Shown in pieces: positions 13,070 to 26,880 of a stretch of 64,000 nt of DNA; within the stretch, counting starts at the first letter, position 1; every line of letters starts with the position of its first letter. Both the position numbers and the translations under genes were made by a program. Source of the stretch: Geosiphon pyriformis uo1 (lineage: Eukaryota; Fungi; Glomeromycota); contig JAAOMT010000495.1 of assembly GCA_016748015.1 (NCBI GenBank), forward strand, positions 85,526 to 149,525, written 5' to 3'. Under the pieces are notes generated by a model that was not told where the DNA came from, ran no database searches, and worked only from the letters and a program-made list of their open reading frames with translations.

Positions 13070-14635
13070 ATTTAAAAAAACTATCTATTTACAACTGTTT
13101 TTTCTCTTTTTAAACTTTGAAAACAGTATTACGAATTAATATTCTCAAAGTTTTAAAAAAGTCTAAATCAACTTTTTTACTATACTGTTTTTCACAATAG
13201 TGCAATGTATCTTCAAGTGTAGTTTTACCTTAATGTGTAAATAGTAAAGACAAAGGTTCATCTTCATCTTCACTTTCTAAATCTTTATTTGCATTAGAAT
13301 TTTTACTATACTTATTGTTAATAAGATCCACAATTTCATTCTCTAAGACATAAGTGAATAATAGTTTAAACTTGTTAATATTAATGAAGTCTATTGCTAA
13401 TAGCTTGTTAATATTAATGTGCTCAATAAGAACTTGTACTTCTTATAAGAGTTCTTGTTCAATATCTAATAGATAGATTGGCATTTGACTATTATTTAAA
13501 ATTCTCATATGATGCCAACAGTTTTGAATTGTAGTTGTTATTACCATTAATCATGCATCAATTAAAAAGTCAATTGTATCTTTTAATATTACTGTTGATA
13601 TTGAAATCTTGCTATCATACTGATTAATAAGATGGAAAAAAAACAACTTTTGGTATTGTGCCTTAAAGAATGCAATAATTCTTCTATCTAATGGTTGCAA
13701 ATAGAATGTTGTATTGAATGGTAAATATTTAATCATAATATTAGATAATACAGAAGGTTTTCTACTATGGAGACCAGTATTATTAAGCAATAGCAAAATC
13801 TTTTTTTTCTTGTAATGCATTTTTTTATTTAATAAATTAAGCCATTCACTAAAAATATCAGTTTGCATATATGCTTTTGTATTGTAACAATAAGTGATTG
13901 GAAGTGCATTCATATTAATATTATAAAAACATTGTGGCTTTGCAGCTTTGCTAATAATTAAAGACTGCAACTTAATGCTGTTTGTTGTATTACAAGTAAG
14001 AAGTATGGTAATTTGACTCTTATCACACTTGGTGCCAGAGGTAGATTTTGTTGCCAAAGTTGCATTTGGTGGCATTCTAAAGAATAATGCTGTCTTATCA
14101 ACATTGTAAACATTATTTAGATCATATTTACTGATAATCTCATGCAGTTTCTCTTATTTCTTTGGTAAAATTTCCAAAGGGGCATTGTTTGCTTTGTCAT
14201 GCATCTTAATGTGATGCAAATTATGACATTTTTTGAACTTTTCTAACCAATAATCTGATGCTTTAAAGTTATTTTCTTCTGGAAACTTTTCAGCAAACTT
14301 GAAGGCTTTTGTTTGTAAAAATTTTCCAGTAAGAATGCAGTTGGTAGTTAGTGCTTCAAGCATCTATTCTTCCAGTGCATCATTTATCTTCAGAAACATC
14401 TCTTTCCTGTCTTTTGTCAATTGATCAGAGTTGTCAGATACATTCTTTTCAATCTATTAGTTTGATTTTGCAAGTATTTTTGTTACAGTGAAGTGGTTAA
14501 TCTTTAAATTAAATATTTTAATAAGTCTATTTGCTAAGTAGCCAAAATGCTCTAGTTTGTACTGGCAGAGAGTCTTTTTAGTCTCCAAGAAGATTGTTGC
14601 TCGCTTTTGGTTCATGTTTTTTGGCATGTTAATAA
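13070..14635 (-). pseudogene. pogo/Tigger transposase (CENP-B-type HTH plus DDE_1), disrupted
   Basis: ILTGKFLQTKAFKFA...FKASDYWLEKFKKCH (CENP-B HTH); VYNVDKTALF, ITILLTCN, KAYM, LLLLNN...H, LPFNTTFYLQPLDRRII (DDE_1); internal stops. Confidence 0.9.
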
Positions 14636-14891
14636 GAACATACTTTTTATTGCATTTTGTTTTTATAATGCATTAATGTATCTGTTATGTCTCAAATGTT
14701 ATTTTGCCTTATATCTAATCAGACATGTAAGGTGTTTTATGTCATATGAAGTGTCTCAGATTATAAAAAGCAGCCAAATTATAAAAATGAAGATTTTAAT
14801 TTAACTGTAGAATTCTAAATGCAAATGACAGATTCTTGGTAAAAAAAAACCTAATTTTGATAATGCATCTGTGACACTTTTTGTCTCTTAC

Positions 14892-15004
14892 CCCCAACTG
14901 ATAATTAATAATGAAGGCTGTTAATTTGATTCTCTGCATACTTGCATAATTGTGTAGAAAATAGCACAATGTCATGTTGTCAAGCTTCCCAAATACAGCA
15001 ATGC
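14892..15004 (-). pseudogene. Captured exon of a TilS-like PP-loop ATPase (tRNA-Ile lysidine synthetase N-terminus)
   Basis: TAG|...|GTAAGA-bounded segment encoding GIAVFGKLDNMTLCYFLHNYASMQRIKLTAFIINYQL; reverting C>T/G>A changes gives IAVSGGLDSMALCYLL...LTAFIVDHQL, the TilS SGGxDS and VDH motifs. Confidence 0.65.
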
Positions 15005-15189
15005 CTATATTAATTGAAATATTAATATAAAATACTTTGCACAATGTCAGAGATATTGGAGTAAAAATCAACTGCAGTTTTTTAAAAAATGTCTTAATCA
15101 TTATAAGTTGTGAGATTCGATATGTAATATATATAGGCTGCAATGGCTTCCAAATTAATATGATCATATGTTGTTTCTAAGGAAAATCT

Positions 15190-15930
15190 ATTTGTTAAAG
15201 GTTACTTAGAATGGGCCAAAATGAAACAGATCTCACATTTAGGTTAAAGTATGAACAAGTCTTTTTTTATTTACAAGCAATTATTAACTTTCGCATTGGA
15301 GTTCATTTCAATAGATTTTCATTAAAACTTGCAGTTAGACAAATGTTTGTACCAATTTGGTCTGCTCAGCACTATTCTATTTACCAATTAATTGAAATTG
15401 CTGATGAAGAACAATAGCTATGATTAAAGCCTGAAGTTTGTAAGCTGATTTAAAAAAAAATTGTAATTTCTTAATCTAAACTTTCAAATCAATATCAAGA
15501 CCATAATACAATACTTGAAAAAATTAACAAAATGCTTAAATCATTGATTCTTTCTACACCTTTACAATGACATTGGGAAATTACAGTGCGTAACTGTATC
15601 AAATTTGAGAGATTGCATATTAACCTCTTTAATGTTATTGGATATTCTAAAAGTGAAATATACAGGTCTTATATATGTCCTAGCTTTATTGCTGAATTAA
15701 ATCAATTTCGAGTTCAGATAAGAAAGACACAGTTTGTAAATCCAAATGTCTCTAATTGTGTTTTTTGTGATATTAGCCATGAATGAATATTAAGTAAAAA
15801 AATGAAAAAATTCAGTGAAATTGCACAGATAAAAAGAATAGACTTTTTTAAAACAAGACATATTAAAAAAACATTGTTAGGTACTTGGAAATCAATTTCA
15901 GTAACAAGTAAAAAAGCAAATCATTAAAAA
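15190..15930 (+). pseudogene. Fragment of a repetitive hypothetical protein, possibly DUF6589-like/transposase-associated
   Basis: Interrupted frame TFRLKYEQVFFYLQAIINFRIGVHFNR...QYQDHNTILEKINKMLKSLI...HWEITVRNC; the D..lE..NK-like motif is recognised from memory only. Confidence 0.4.
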
Positions 15931-16289
15931 ATATAAATCTGTTAATAAAATTACAACTATTATCTATTATTAACTCTCTAATACCTCTTTTAAGTGATCA
16001 TGTTTTTGAAGCTTATCAAGTTAATTGTGTGACAGCCTAATAAATATCTTTCAAGAAGTTAGAAATATATTGTATTGTATACAGTTTTGTTTATGTTGGG
16101 TTGGGTGCATTACTATTTATAATTGGCATTTTTAAAACATGATATGTTGAATCTAAGTCCGAATTTCCATTTTGTGTAATTATGTTTGGATTATGAAAAG
16201 CATTTAACACAAATTTATTTGTCCCAAAAAAGTTGATTTTTAATACATCTTTAAAACTATCAGTCAAACTTTTGCTTGCTAATACCAAA

Positions 16290-16900
16290 TATTAGTCGAA
16301 TGATAAATATAATTGCTAATATGAAGCTCTTTTTTAATCATGAATGCCAAAGTTGGTGTGAAAATGTATTTATTGGGTATATATTGGAATTCTTATGCTC
16401 TGAGTTTTATTACTGGTCACATTTCTCTTCTTAAGGAAAGGTAAATTCGAACTCTATTTCCAGTTGATTTGCTCAAGCAATGTCCCATTAACAAACTTGT
16501 TCCTGGAAGATTCTATTGGACCATTATTCTCACTTGTAAGTCTGTTAATTTTTTCTCTCAATATGGAGAAAAAGTAATTTTATTAGCCAAATTTAATTCA
16601 AAATAACTTTATCAATACCCATAGCAACAGTTTCCAAAGCATTACCAGCCTTTGAAACACTACCAATCTCTAAAGCACTAAGAGCAGCAGTACTATACCA
16701 TATGTCAACTATTATTAAAACTCTCATAATACCTACAAACAACAAGCCAGATATAATAATTCTATTATTGTCTTCTAATGGTGGTGGCAACTTATAAAGA
16801 AGAAGAATAATTAAATGTTGTAATATTTCAGAAATTTTGTTTAGTATTCTATAATCATTTTCAGAAACTTCTTTAATTTTTTTTACTATTATAAAAAGAA
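16290..16900 (-). pseudogene. Unidentified intron-containing gene fragment inside the pogo element
   Basis: ORF 16916-16593, then a GTATTG..CTAAT..AACAG intron-like segment; the frame continues DLQVRIMVQ*NLPGTSLLMGHCLSKSTGNRVRIYLSLRREM* with stops explicable by transitions. Confidence 0.4.
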
Positions 16901-18345
16901 TAATTTCTATTGACAAATTGGGAAATTTTCTTGACTGTATATGTCCAATTAAATATGAGATAACATCTGATGTTCATATCTAATATCATATGATTATAAT
17001 GTGACTATAGAGAGTGAAAATTACTTATATTCTGCTATTATATTTGTGAAAATAGAGATTATAAGGAGATATATATAGTAAAAGTGACTATAAGAAGATA
17101 ATATTATATATAAATGGTTTTGGTTTTTAAAAAAATATGATTATAAAAAGATAGTAACTATAACCAAAGAGACTATAAAGAGAGTTTACTGTATACTGTA
17201 AATAATAATAAAAATATGCTTAATAAAAACCAATTTTTTTTTTGGAAATAAAAAAAATTTACAAAATTAATAATATTTTAAAAGTTTTAAGTTTTTAATA
17301 TTAAATTTAATGCAAATATAATTAATTAATTTAATTTCTAATAATAATAAATTATTTAAAATTATTTAAAAAATAGTTATTTTAAATATATTTGCTTTTA
17401 TAACTTTAATATAGTTTAATTTAAACTGAATTTATTTTTAATTATATATAAAAAGTGAGTAAATTATGTTTAATTTAAGATATTTTATGATTATATTATA
17501 TTAAATAATAATTAAACTACATAATAAATATAAAAAAATTAAATTTATTAAGTAAATATAATTTAAATAGTTAATTACATATTAATTAAAATTAAAATTA
17601 AAATTAAAATTAATTAATTATTAATAATTATTAATTATTTAACATATAAATTAATTTAAAAATAATACAAATATAATTGTATTAACAAATATGTTTAATT
17701 ATTGACAATTATATTTGATTATTTATAAATATTTATAATTATGTATTTTAAAAAGTTAAAATACTTAGCTTGTTTTTAATAATTAATTTACTAAACTAAT
17801 ATTATAAACATAATTTTAAATTGGCAATTAGCCAAATGCTTTATTAATTTTGATTGTTATTATATTACAATTATAAAAGTTTTGAATTAATTAACATTGT
17901 AACAAATAAAATGTGTTAATTATAAGCTTTTTAAATAAGTTTAAAAAATGAAGTTTTTGATATTCAACTTCTTAATTTTGCTGCCACTTTTGTGTATTCA
18001 TTTCAATAAACAAAGTACATTGTAGCAATAAATAAAATAAGAAACTTATATCACCTCATGATTGTTGGCTAAGTTATGCACTTTGAAGTTTATGAAATCA
18101 ATATTTAGTACACGAAATGTATTTTCATAATTGTGAAACTATCAATTTTTTGCAATATTTAAGCTTTAGGTATTCATAGAAGGAAAGTATATTACATATT
18201 ATCCGCCTCGGCCCTCAGAACATAAATTGTCTTGATTATTTGCCCTTATTCTAGTCGATGGGGCATAAAAGTCACCATGCAATGCGTCAAATTATCTGAG
18301 CTGCTTATAAACCGTCTTCATAAAATAATGAATCCATCACTACGA

Positions 18346-20340
18346 TTATCGCCCAACTAACAATCGATTATCTGATGTACCACTCAATGCCGCAGAAAGT
18401 GCAGCAGTGGTTAGAAGTGTTGTTGTAGTTGCATTCCAGCTTAATTGCATAGTCGTATTTCGTGTTATCAACTTCCAAAATTCGTTGACAAGTCCTCCGC
18501 GTATAACCACAATGACAACCAACCAATACAAGGCCCCCGAAAATTTTCGGGCAAAAAATGCTCTTAGCATTTTAACCATGTAAAGCTTAAATGTTTGATG
18601 AAGCCTTACAAGATGATAGGCTGAAGATGGAGTTGGGACAGAAAATTTATTAAAATCTTGGATAGTTGAATCCAGTTTCATGAGTTCTTTTTCTTTGAGA
18701 TAATCTTGCCGTTGGAAATCTTTATTACTAGAAGTTAGTGGTCGTTCGAGGATCGGAGAAGGCAGCATGATTGGAGTAAATTTAAACTGAGAAGAATGGG
18801 ATAAATCTATGTGGGGTGAAGCCAGAGGTTTGATAGGTTGAGGGGAAAGAATCATCGAATCTGAAGTATTTCGCATTGTTCTTTCATTCAACGACATAGG
18901 GGACATATGAAGAAATGGTCGATTAGCATTAACCGAGGGTGTCATCACTAGCCAGGAGGGAATAGCAACGTGTTCTAAAACTGGAGAAGCTGGCCTGCTA
19001 TCAAAAGGAGTGGAAGTACGATTGAACCTGGGAGTACCTGGCCGACTTTGATGCGGGGTAGAAGGTGCAGAAAAGAAAATATCATGCAAAGAATCGAATG
19101 AAGATACTCGGCTTAACGGTAATGGCATTTTCAAGAGAGGGAGTGGTTGGGCGTATTTTTGAAGGGGAACACAAGAATCGGGATCATAAACATAATTATC
19201 CCGACCGCCATGCTCTAAACAAAGTAAAGGTTTTAATTACATTTTATTTCAAACGTTGGTGGGGAGACTTAATGCACGTACCAACAAGTACATTCTCTTC
19301 ATCAAAATAAAGAAAGACCTCTTGTGGAGTAGGGAAAAATATACGACCCAAAGATTCTTGGGGTAAAATACGCTTAACAACCTGCCAGAGCCCAGAATAC
19401 ATCCAACCATAGTTTAGCACGAATACTACCAATTATGGATAAACAATAAGTATAGATTTTGTTAAATGATAATCCGAGTTAATGCGTTATGTAAAACCAA
19501 CACTTACTAGAAGCAATAGAGCTCGGGTAATGATGTCGAGCAATGTCCATCATGAAGGGGCCTAACTCTATGTTCTAAGTCAAGCATATGAAGATTGATG
19601 AAAGTTGAAAATTAGTCCAAAGGAAACTAATTGATCCAACCATAATTCCTTATAGGTTTTTCATTGACCTCTTTGATAGGAATTCTCAAGTGCAGCAGTG
19701 TCAAGTCATTGCTTTACTTGCCAGGCTGCTAACGCTTGCGCCTTTTAAATCCAACAAAACAACATATTGAAGAATGGGTGTTTCTTTCGATTCCTTTGTC
19801 GCGTCCCACATTAATTTTCTGGCAATTTCCGTGTTGAATACGATGTATTTTTTCATCTCTTCCAATGATGGACTTTCTTCATCGCGTTTGTGATGGCGTA
19901 AATTTATTACAGCGTATGGGCGATTAAATTTATCCGTCTTATGAAAGAAGAAGAGACCATTCTTAAGATGGCGCGGATGAATATCATCAAGTGACAAATT
20001 ATCCACACCATTCTCAATGCGCCAGTGAATATTAGCAATCAATGCTTTCAATGCCATATCGAAATCAAATCCAGCTCTACGGAGAAATCGAAAAAGGGTG
20101 CCTAGAGATCAAACTCAAGTGTGTTAATTTATATTCAAAAATATTTTCTTGTTGTTTTTGCCTACATTTATCCTGCAAATATTGTCTTATGCGCTCTACT
20201 CGGACAAAGTCCAAATCAAACTCTTGCTGGAATTCGGGCAATTGCTCGAGAAGATTTTGCTTCAAATCATCAACAGTCGTCTCATGTTGCTTATAAAGCG
20301 CGTTTAAGCCTTCAAGATTTTTTTCGAGCAAATAAGTCAT
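18346..20340 (-). CDS. CRAL-TRIO (Sec14-like) lipid-binding protein with a Ser/Pro-rich tail and C-terminal hydrophobic segments, about 5 exons
   Basis: ANIHWRIENGV, FFFHKTDKFNRPYAVINLRHH, YVVLLDLKGAS, HHYPSSIA, VFVLNYGWMYSGLWQVVKRILP...RIFF; GT-AG introns; final exon covers ORF 18346-19134. Confidence 0.88.
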
Positions 20341-21253
20341 GACTTCGAGTTCAGAGTTAAGGTATAAAAACTATAAAGCTATTAAAACTATCCACAATGT
20401 CCAAAAAATAAACTAGCGAGAGAGGTTAGACGAAAAATTAGGATGAAAGTGAAAATGAAGGGCAGATTGAATTTCCTTACAAAGGTTTATTAGGAAATGG
20501 GATGTTATTTTAGCGGAAAGGGTTGATTGTAGGAAAACTCCAACACAAGAACTGCTAATCTAAAACCCAACCTATTCAAAAGTTTGTGATGTTTAGCAGA
20601 AAATTAAGATGTCACAATTCTGTGCAATGAATATCATTAAACAAAAAAACCGTTTTTCATTTGCGACTTCCGTTTATGTGACGTTAGCGATATCTGTTCT
20701 GCATTGAGATTCGGTGAAATTTAATCATTTTCAAATGTCAGCGATCAATTTTCCGTTGTTTGTCATGTCGTGGTCAGCCGATATAAATTGCGATGCTACA
20801 CAATGCGCTTCTTGTTGTTAGAAAAACCCAGAACTGGTCATCTGCCGAAAATTTTATCAGCTCAACATGGTCACGTCTAGTGCCCTATATAGGAAGATTA
20901 TGAACTAAAATATTGATTCGTCGATCAATGTGTATGAAAAACATGTTAAAGCCCGTTTATTCATTTTCTGTGATAACGCGGATCCTCTCAATAATTATAT
21001 TTGGTTTATTAAACTATTAAAACTTGGGCCAAATATTCGCCGCAAAGTATATCCAACTCCATAAAATGCTATTAATTTTCTTAATTACTATGTTATAATA
21101 AAAATTCAATGGGATGTCAACAGTAAAATTCTAATTATACCAAGATGAATATTGTTTTGTTTAGTGTTCAACCTCCCGCTTAACACCAAAAGTCCATAAC
21201 TTTCCACTTTTCAGTTTTACCAACTCTTGAAGAAGATAGTAAAATTTTGAATT

Positions 21254-23437
21254 TTAGCTATTCGCCCGAAGATGACACTTAGTAGCCCCTCCCTCTAAAA
21301 GGCCTTGACCAATTAAATATTGTTGTAAATTCTCATATAGTTCCAATTGTGATGGGGTTTGAAGATCAGTAACCACGAGATCCAGAATTGAGCCAACTGA
21401 TACGGAGATGTACTTGTATGAATATGTCTAAAACAAAAAAAGATCTATTAATAAGTTACTAATATTGTTTTATTTTAACAGCAACATACCTTGATAAAGC
21501 TTTGGTAATACATATAGGAGAACATGCCCATCAAGAATTGACAATCCATACGATCGGTAATGCCACCATGACCAGGAATGTAGTCTCCCCAATCCTAAAT
21601 GTTTATTATAAACCTATAAGAATTTGGATTTTGGAGAATTGAGACATTTTTGAAAAATAATCACCGATTTCCCCAAAGCTCTTTTTAAACCACTGGCAAA
21701 GTAACCGCCAAAAGGAGCAATTGACGAGGCAAAACAGGCCATGACAAGAACGTGCCATTGAATAGGGGCAATCCAGACCTCGCGAATATCACTGAAAAAC
21801 TGAATTTAAAGGAAGAGTTGAATAAGAAATTACAGAGATAAAATTTGAAATATTTAAAAGAGATTTTGGCCTACAATCCGCCTGAATAGCCCTTGTAACC
21901 AAGGGTTCAATACATATCGTTGCGCGACAAAAACGGGGTTTATTTCACAAGTTAATCCCGTAAATACATTTACGCTTATATCCTACAAAATATTAGAGTT
22001 ATCTAAGTTGGATGGATAAAAGTGAGATCCAAAATGCTTAAGTCAATATTCATACCTTGACAGGGCATATCATGTAGTTGAATTTAGACAAAAACGACCC
22101 CCACTATAGACTAAAAGTTAGAAAAAAACTTGGTAGCGTTTGAATGGACCAAATGCGAGGGGTTTGTTAGACTCACGATTACACCAAAAATTATGGTGAA
22201 GATCCAAGCCCCAATAAATCCTTCAATTGTCTTGTTAGGACTCAGGGCTGTTAAGCCTCGGTTGCCGAATATCTTGCGGCCAAAAAGTTTTCCACAGATA
22301 TAAGCAAATATGTCATTGCATATCACTAAAGATACAGGTAGTAAAAACCTAATGTTCGAATATTAACCGGGAAGTATTTTTTAATAAACGGCATGTAAAG
22401 TTAAATCGAATAAAATATGGAGACAAACCAAATCATCCCCTCGAAAATATTGTTGATAATGAAATGACTTTGACAGATGACAATAAGAAGTGTCATGTGG
22501 GTCCAACCAAACTGCCGAAATTGGAATTGATAATGCCCCTTTTCAAGATTGGCCACAAACACCACGAATCCTGAAAAGGATATATCCTTCAAGTTATAAT
22601 GAATTGATATTTTTTAGCATAAGAAAAAAACCATTTTGAAAGATTGTGACATGAACCTATACAATATAGGATAAACGATATAAAGCGATGGTGCGTAGCC
22701 AACGGCAAAAGGAAAGCGTCCACCAAGACCACTTCTTTAAAGTAATAGATTATGGATTCGCCATAAAGAAAATAGTTTGTACTGGCTAGAAAATACCTAA
22801 ATAATGAGGAAGCCTTCGATTTAATTTTTCAGTTAAGTTGTTTCACTCAGTAAATAATTTTTCACTACATACCAATTCAGAGTTCTAAACCAAGGTAACT
22901 TTTGCTCTTTGCTAGGTACACCCAGCGCAATTACTTCTTTATATACCATTGTCTGGATGAGTACAACTAGAATAATGACCCACACATGACCGGCAGCTAT
23001 TGCCGTAAGGAAACCCCCAATCATAATAAAGGTCCAAATAGTTCTTTGTATCAAATTTTTCCATTCCCTCTTTTTCTTTTTTACAGAGGGCCGAGAATTG
23101 TGCTCTTCCTAAATTAAATTAAAAAAAATGTAAAAAACTCTGTTTGAAAATTCCTCCTATTAACTTAAATATCAATAACCAGGACCAAGTGCTCTTTTAT
23201 TTGAGATTCTTGCAAAACAATGTTGATTTAACTTTGACAAGAGAAATAACCCAGAGCTTACCGCTCAAGGGTCCAAGGGTTGCTTTGCAATCGAAAAACT
23301 GCGAAAGAGGTTAAAATAAAAAGTGCGCTCACCTCAGGTCTCGTAAACCCATTAACCTTTGTATGGCTCTCGTCTGATGTTTCCCCACCATTTAAAAGTT
23401 GTTCGCTTCCCTTTCCTGGTCGACGTTTTTTTGTCAT
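21254..23437 (-). CDS. CDS1: Phosphatidate cytidylyltransferase (CDP-diacylglycerol synthase), multi-exon
   Basis: [76 protein letters not shown]; ATG at 23437, TAA at 21254. Confidence 0.96.
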
Positions 23438-24849
23438 GTTATAAAATCGTTGAAGTTAAAAATATCACGCTTAAAAATGAAGACAACCAAACGAACAATT
23501 CAAGATTCAAGGTAAAATTTCCGAGTTTTGAACTTTTTGGTTGATATTTCACATAAAAGTCCCAAGGTGTTCGGGGCCTGATCATGGGAACAAATTATCT
23601 ATCGTTTTGTGATGCTCAAATTACATAATATTGTTAGAGCTAACTAAATTAAAATTCAAGTGTGAAAAGTTTCTGCGTCCTCTTGGGTTAATTTTGACGT
23701 AGTTTTGTATTAAATTCATACAAATATAATCCCCCTAAATTGTGGATTTATTTATTTGTAAATGTTTTGATCGATATCTTAAATGGTAATCATTATTTTG
23801 AATATCATTTTTTTTCACTATTTTCTTTTTGAATATCATACTATATACAATTAAATATATATTTTGAGATTTATAAAAATAAGCATATTTTTACAACTTA
23901 TACTATTAAACTTCAACATAATAAAATAAAAAGGGTCTATTTTTTATATTAACTATTTATTATTTTATGATTAATTATTTTTTATTTCAAATATATTGTC
24001 ATTTTTTACAACATATATTTTAGATATAAATGATATAAATTTACAAATAGAGTTTAATCTAAATTAATTTCTATATTAAGATTATAAATAAAATTTATTA
24101 TAAATAAAAAGTTTACAAAACTGAAATGATTATATTTTTATATAAATATAATAAATTATAAAAAATAAAAAACTGGTAAAATATAAAATTTGCCATTAGA
24201 AAAAATTATATATACACAATTATTAATTAATTAAAATAATAATAATAATAAATAACTAAAAATTATAAAAACAAAAATAATTAGCTTAATTAAAAATATT
24301 AAAAAATAAAATAATTGTCTGTAAAGTAATAATAATTATAACAAAATAAAACATTAAAAGTACAAATATAAAAAAAGTTGCAAGTTAATGTTTTTTAATT
24401 ATAATGTAAATAAAAAAATCAAATAAATAAAAAATAAATATATTATAATATAATTAAAAAACTGAAAAATTATAATTTATTTTTATTTATTTATTGTTTT
24501 TTAATTTAAATATTATTAATAAATGTTAATATTATTAAATATATTTTGAATTTCTATATATTATTTTATTATATATTTATTTATTTAGCAAGTAATTACA
24601 TATAAAATAGTGGTGCATTTAATTGATGTTTATTTCTCTTCTACTAGATTTAAATACAATAATTTCATTCAATACTTGAATCTTGAGGTGATTTCTTTTG
24701 GTTAAATAACTGGTTCTGATACGATCACATATAATTGGAAGCTGTAAGATAGGATGAAACCAAATATAAATTAGCATCGAATAATTTTTAGAGATAAAGA
24801 AACCTTGGGATCATGAATTCCACGAATATATGTATTTTTTAAACATATC

Positions 24850-25394
24850 CTAATTCCATTGACCAGCTGGCGGGGGCGTTTCAAGCGGCTGCCAGCTAAA
24901 AAAGAAATTAATTGAGTAAATGTGAAAAGGAATCTGGAACAGATTCCGACCTCGTAACATGAGAGGTTTCTCTTTAATTTCATAAATATAGAAAATACTA
25001 ACGGCCTCCATTCCTTTATTTTTTCGGAAAGCTTCTTCTCGTCTTCTGCCTGCCAGATTATTTCCTCTATCTGTCCAGCAGCTATGTTTTTTTCAATTTC
25101 TTCCACATTTTCAGTGGCTTCCACTACAGAGAGTCTGTGTTGTGTCAAGGCTTCAGTTGCCTGGCGGTACACAGCCGTTGATGGAAGTTCTGAAAGAATC
25201 TTTAAAGTTTCGTTGTAGGTTTTAATCAAGTGTGGACGGGGATTTGAATGAACAGGTAGACCATAGAGTCCGGTAGTTGTCTTTATTAGGCAATAAAGAA
25301 TTATTAAAGTAACCCTCCCAAAGTATTGGGTGAAAAGACTCTTTCAACAATATACCTTCTTAGCAACATCAAACAAAGCCCGGGTGAGCCTCAT
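24850..25394 (-). CDS. NDUFA5: NADH:ubiquinone oxidoreductase subunit A5 (B13), 3 exons
   Basis: MRLTRALFDVAKK|TTTGLYGLPVHSNPRPHLIKTY...YRQATEALTQHRL...GQIEEIIWQAEDE...EWRP|WQPLETPPPAGQWN*. Confidence 0.95.
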
Positions 25395-26099
25395 GTTCAG
25401 CTTTTTAAAATTCAAAAAATCCTGAATTAGCCGAACTGATTTTTTGTTTTGTCAATTAAGATTCCCAATGAGCCAATCAATCTGAGAAGTGATTTTTTGT
25501 AATAATATTAAGTTTATTAATTTGATGCATTAAAAGCCATATGTAATCAAACGCAATTATACTTAAAAATAAATATTACAATTAATCTAAAAATGAGAAT
25601 TAAAAATTTGTGTAGCTTAAAAAAAGAGATTTGAAAAAAATATTTTGTAAATTTTATATATTCAGTTTAAAATGCACTTTGAAAATAAATAAAAATTCGA
25701 GTTAAATTTAGCTAAAAATGTATTACTATCACATTTTGTTAAAACAATAAAAAAATAATAATTTATGTTTAATTATATTTTATTAATAAATAATTAAATA
25801 TAATTTTTTTACAATTTATTAATATAATATATATCTATCTATTTATGTTTTAACTAAGTATAATTCTATCAAAAACCTATATTTTTTCTATTTTTAAAAG
25901 TTAAACTATAAGTTTAACTTAAATTTTTTACAATATATAACTAATTATTTAGACTTAAGTCAATAAATACTCATATATTTTTTAAATTAAAGACATCTAA
26001 TGTTTTAATTTTATTAAAGTATTTAGCAAAAATCTGCTTATTTTTAAATTATTTTTTAAATTGCATTTTTATTTATTTTTTATTATAGTATATATATTA

Positions 26100-26830
26100 T
26101 AATTAAATAACAAATAATTTTTAATTTTTAAAGTTATGTTTCTATATATTTTAAGTCTTATATTTGTTTTTAAACTGGTTAGAATTCTTAAATACAATAA
26201 TAAATAAGTTAATAATATACTTAATTTAAGCTTTTAATAAAACAAATTAACTTTTGATATTTATATTAAAATTAATTTAAACAGTTAAGAAAAAACAACC
26301 AATTTACAAAAAAATTGATTATTATAATCATAAATTTAATACCAATAAATAAGTTTTACAATTTAAATTTATAAGTTTTATTAATAAAAAACAAAAAACA
26401 AAAGTAAAATATTAATAAAAAAGCAGTAATTTTAACATATAAATCTAGTAAATTGATTAAAAAAAATTCTAAGTATAACAAAAGACTTAAAACTTTGTTT
26501 AAAAAAAACAACAAAAATAATTTTATAAATAGATATCAAATAATTTAAATTTTAATACTTATAATAATATTAATATTTAAAAGTTTTTTATTTTATATAG
26601 AGTATTCATTTTAAAAATTGTTTTATTAAAAACTTTTTTGTATTTAAAAATAATAATAACAAATTAATATTAAAAAACCAAAAAATAAACAAGTTTGATT
26701 ATTTATCTAAAAAACCAAATTGTTAAATTTTAAAAACTGTACAAACAGAAAAAAAATTAATTAATTTGGTTATAAAAATATTACAAAAAGCAATAATTTT
26801 TTTTGATTAATAAAAAAAAAATTAATACTA
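26100..26830 (-). mobile_element. Highly decayed LINE 3' remnant
   Basis: Weak similarity to the ORF2 C-terminus and 3'UTR of the family; nearly devoid of G/C. Confidence 0.35.
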
Positions 26831-26880
26831 TTTTTTTTTTATTAAAATTAATTAGCAAATAAAAACAATATTAACAGTTT

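Larger units (their letters stand above)
12927..17191 (-). mobile_element. pogo/Tigger-family (Tc1/mariner) DNA transposon, 4.27 kb, with about 2.2 kb of extra cargo
   Basis: 18-bp perfect TIR CAGTAAACTCTCTTTATA at 12927 and its inverse ending at 17191; TA on both flanks (12925-6, 17192-3); subterminal GACTATAA(A)GAG-like repeats at both ends. Confidence 0.93.

Noticed and set aside
23262-23332. Alternative donor or 37-nt poison exon in CDS1 intron 1
   Set aside because: It would need a 34-nt upstream intron or cause a frameshift, and a single motif is not enough without transcripts
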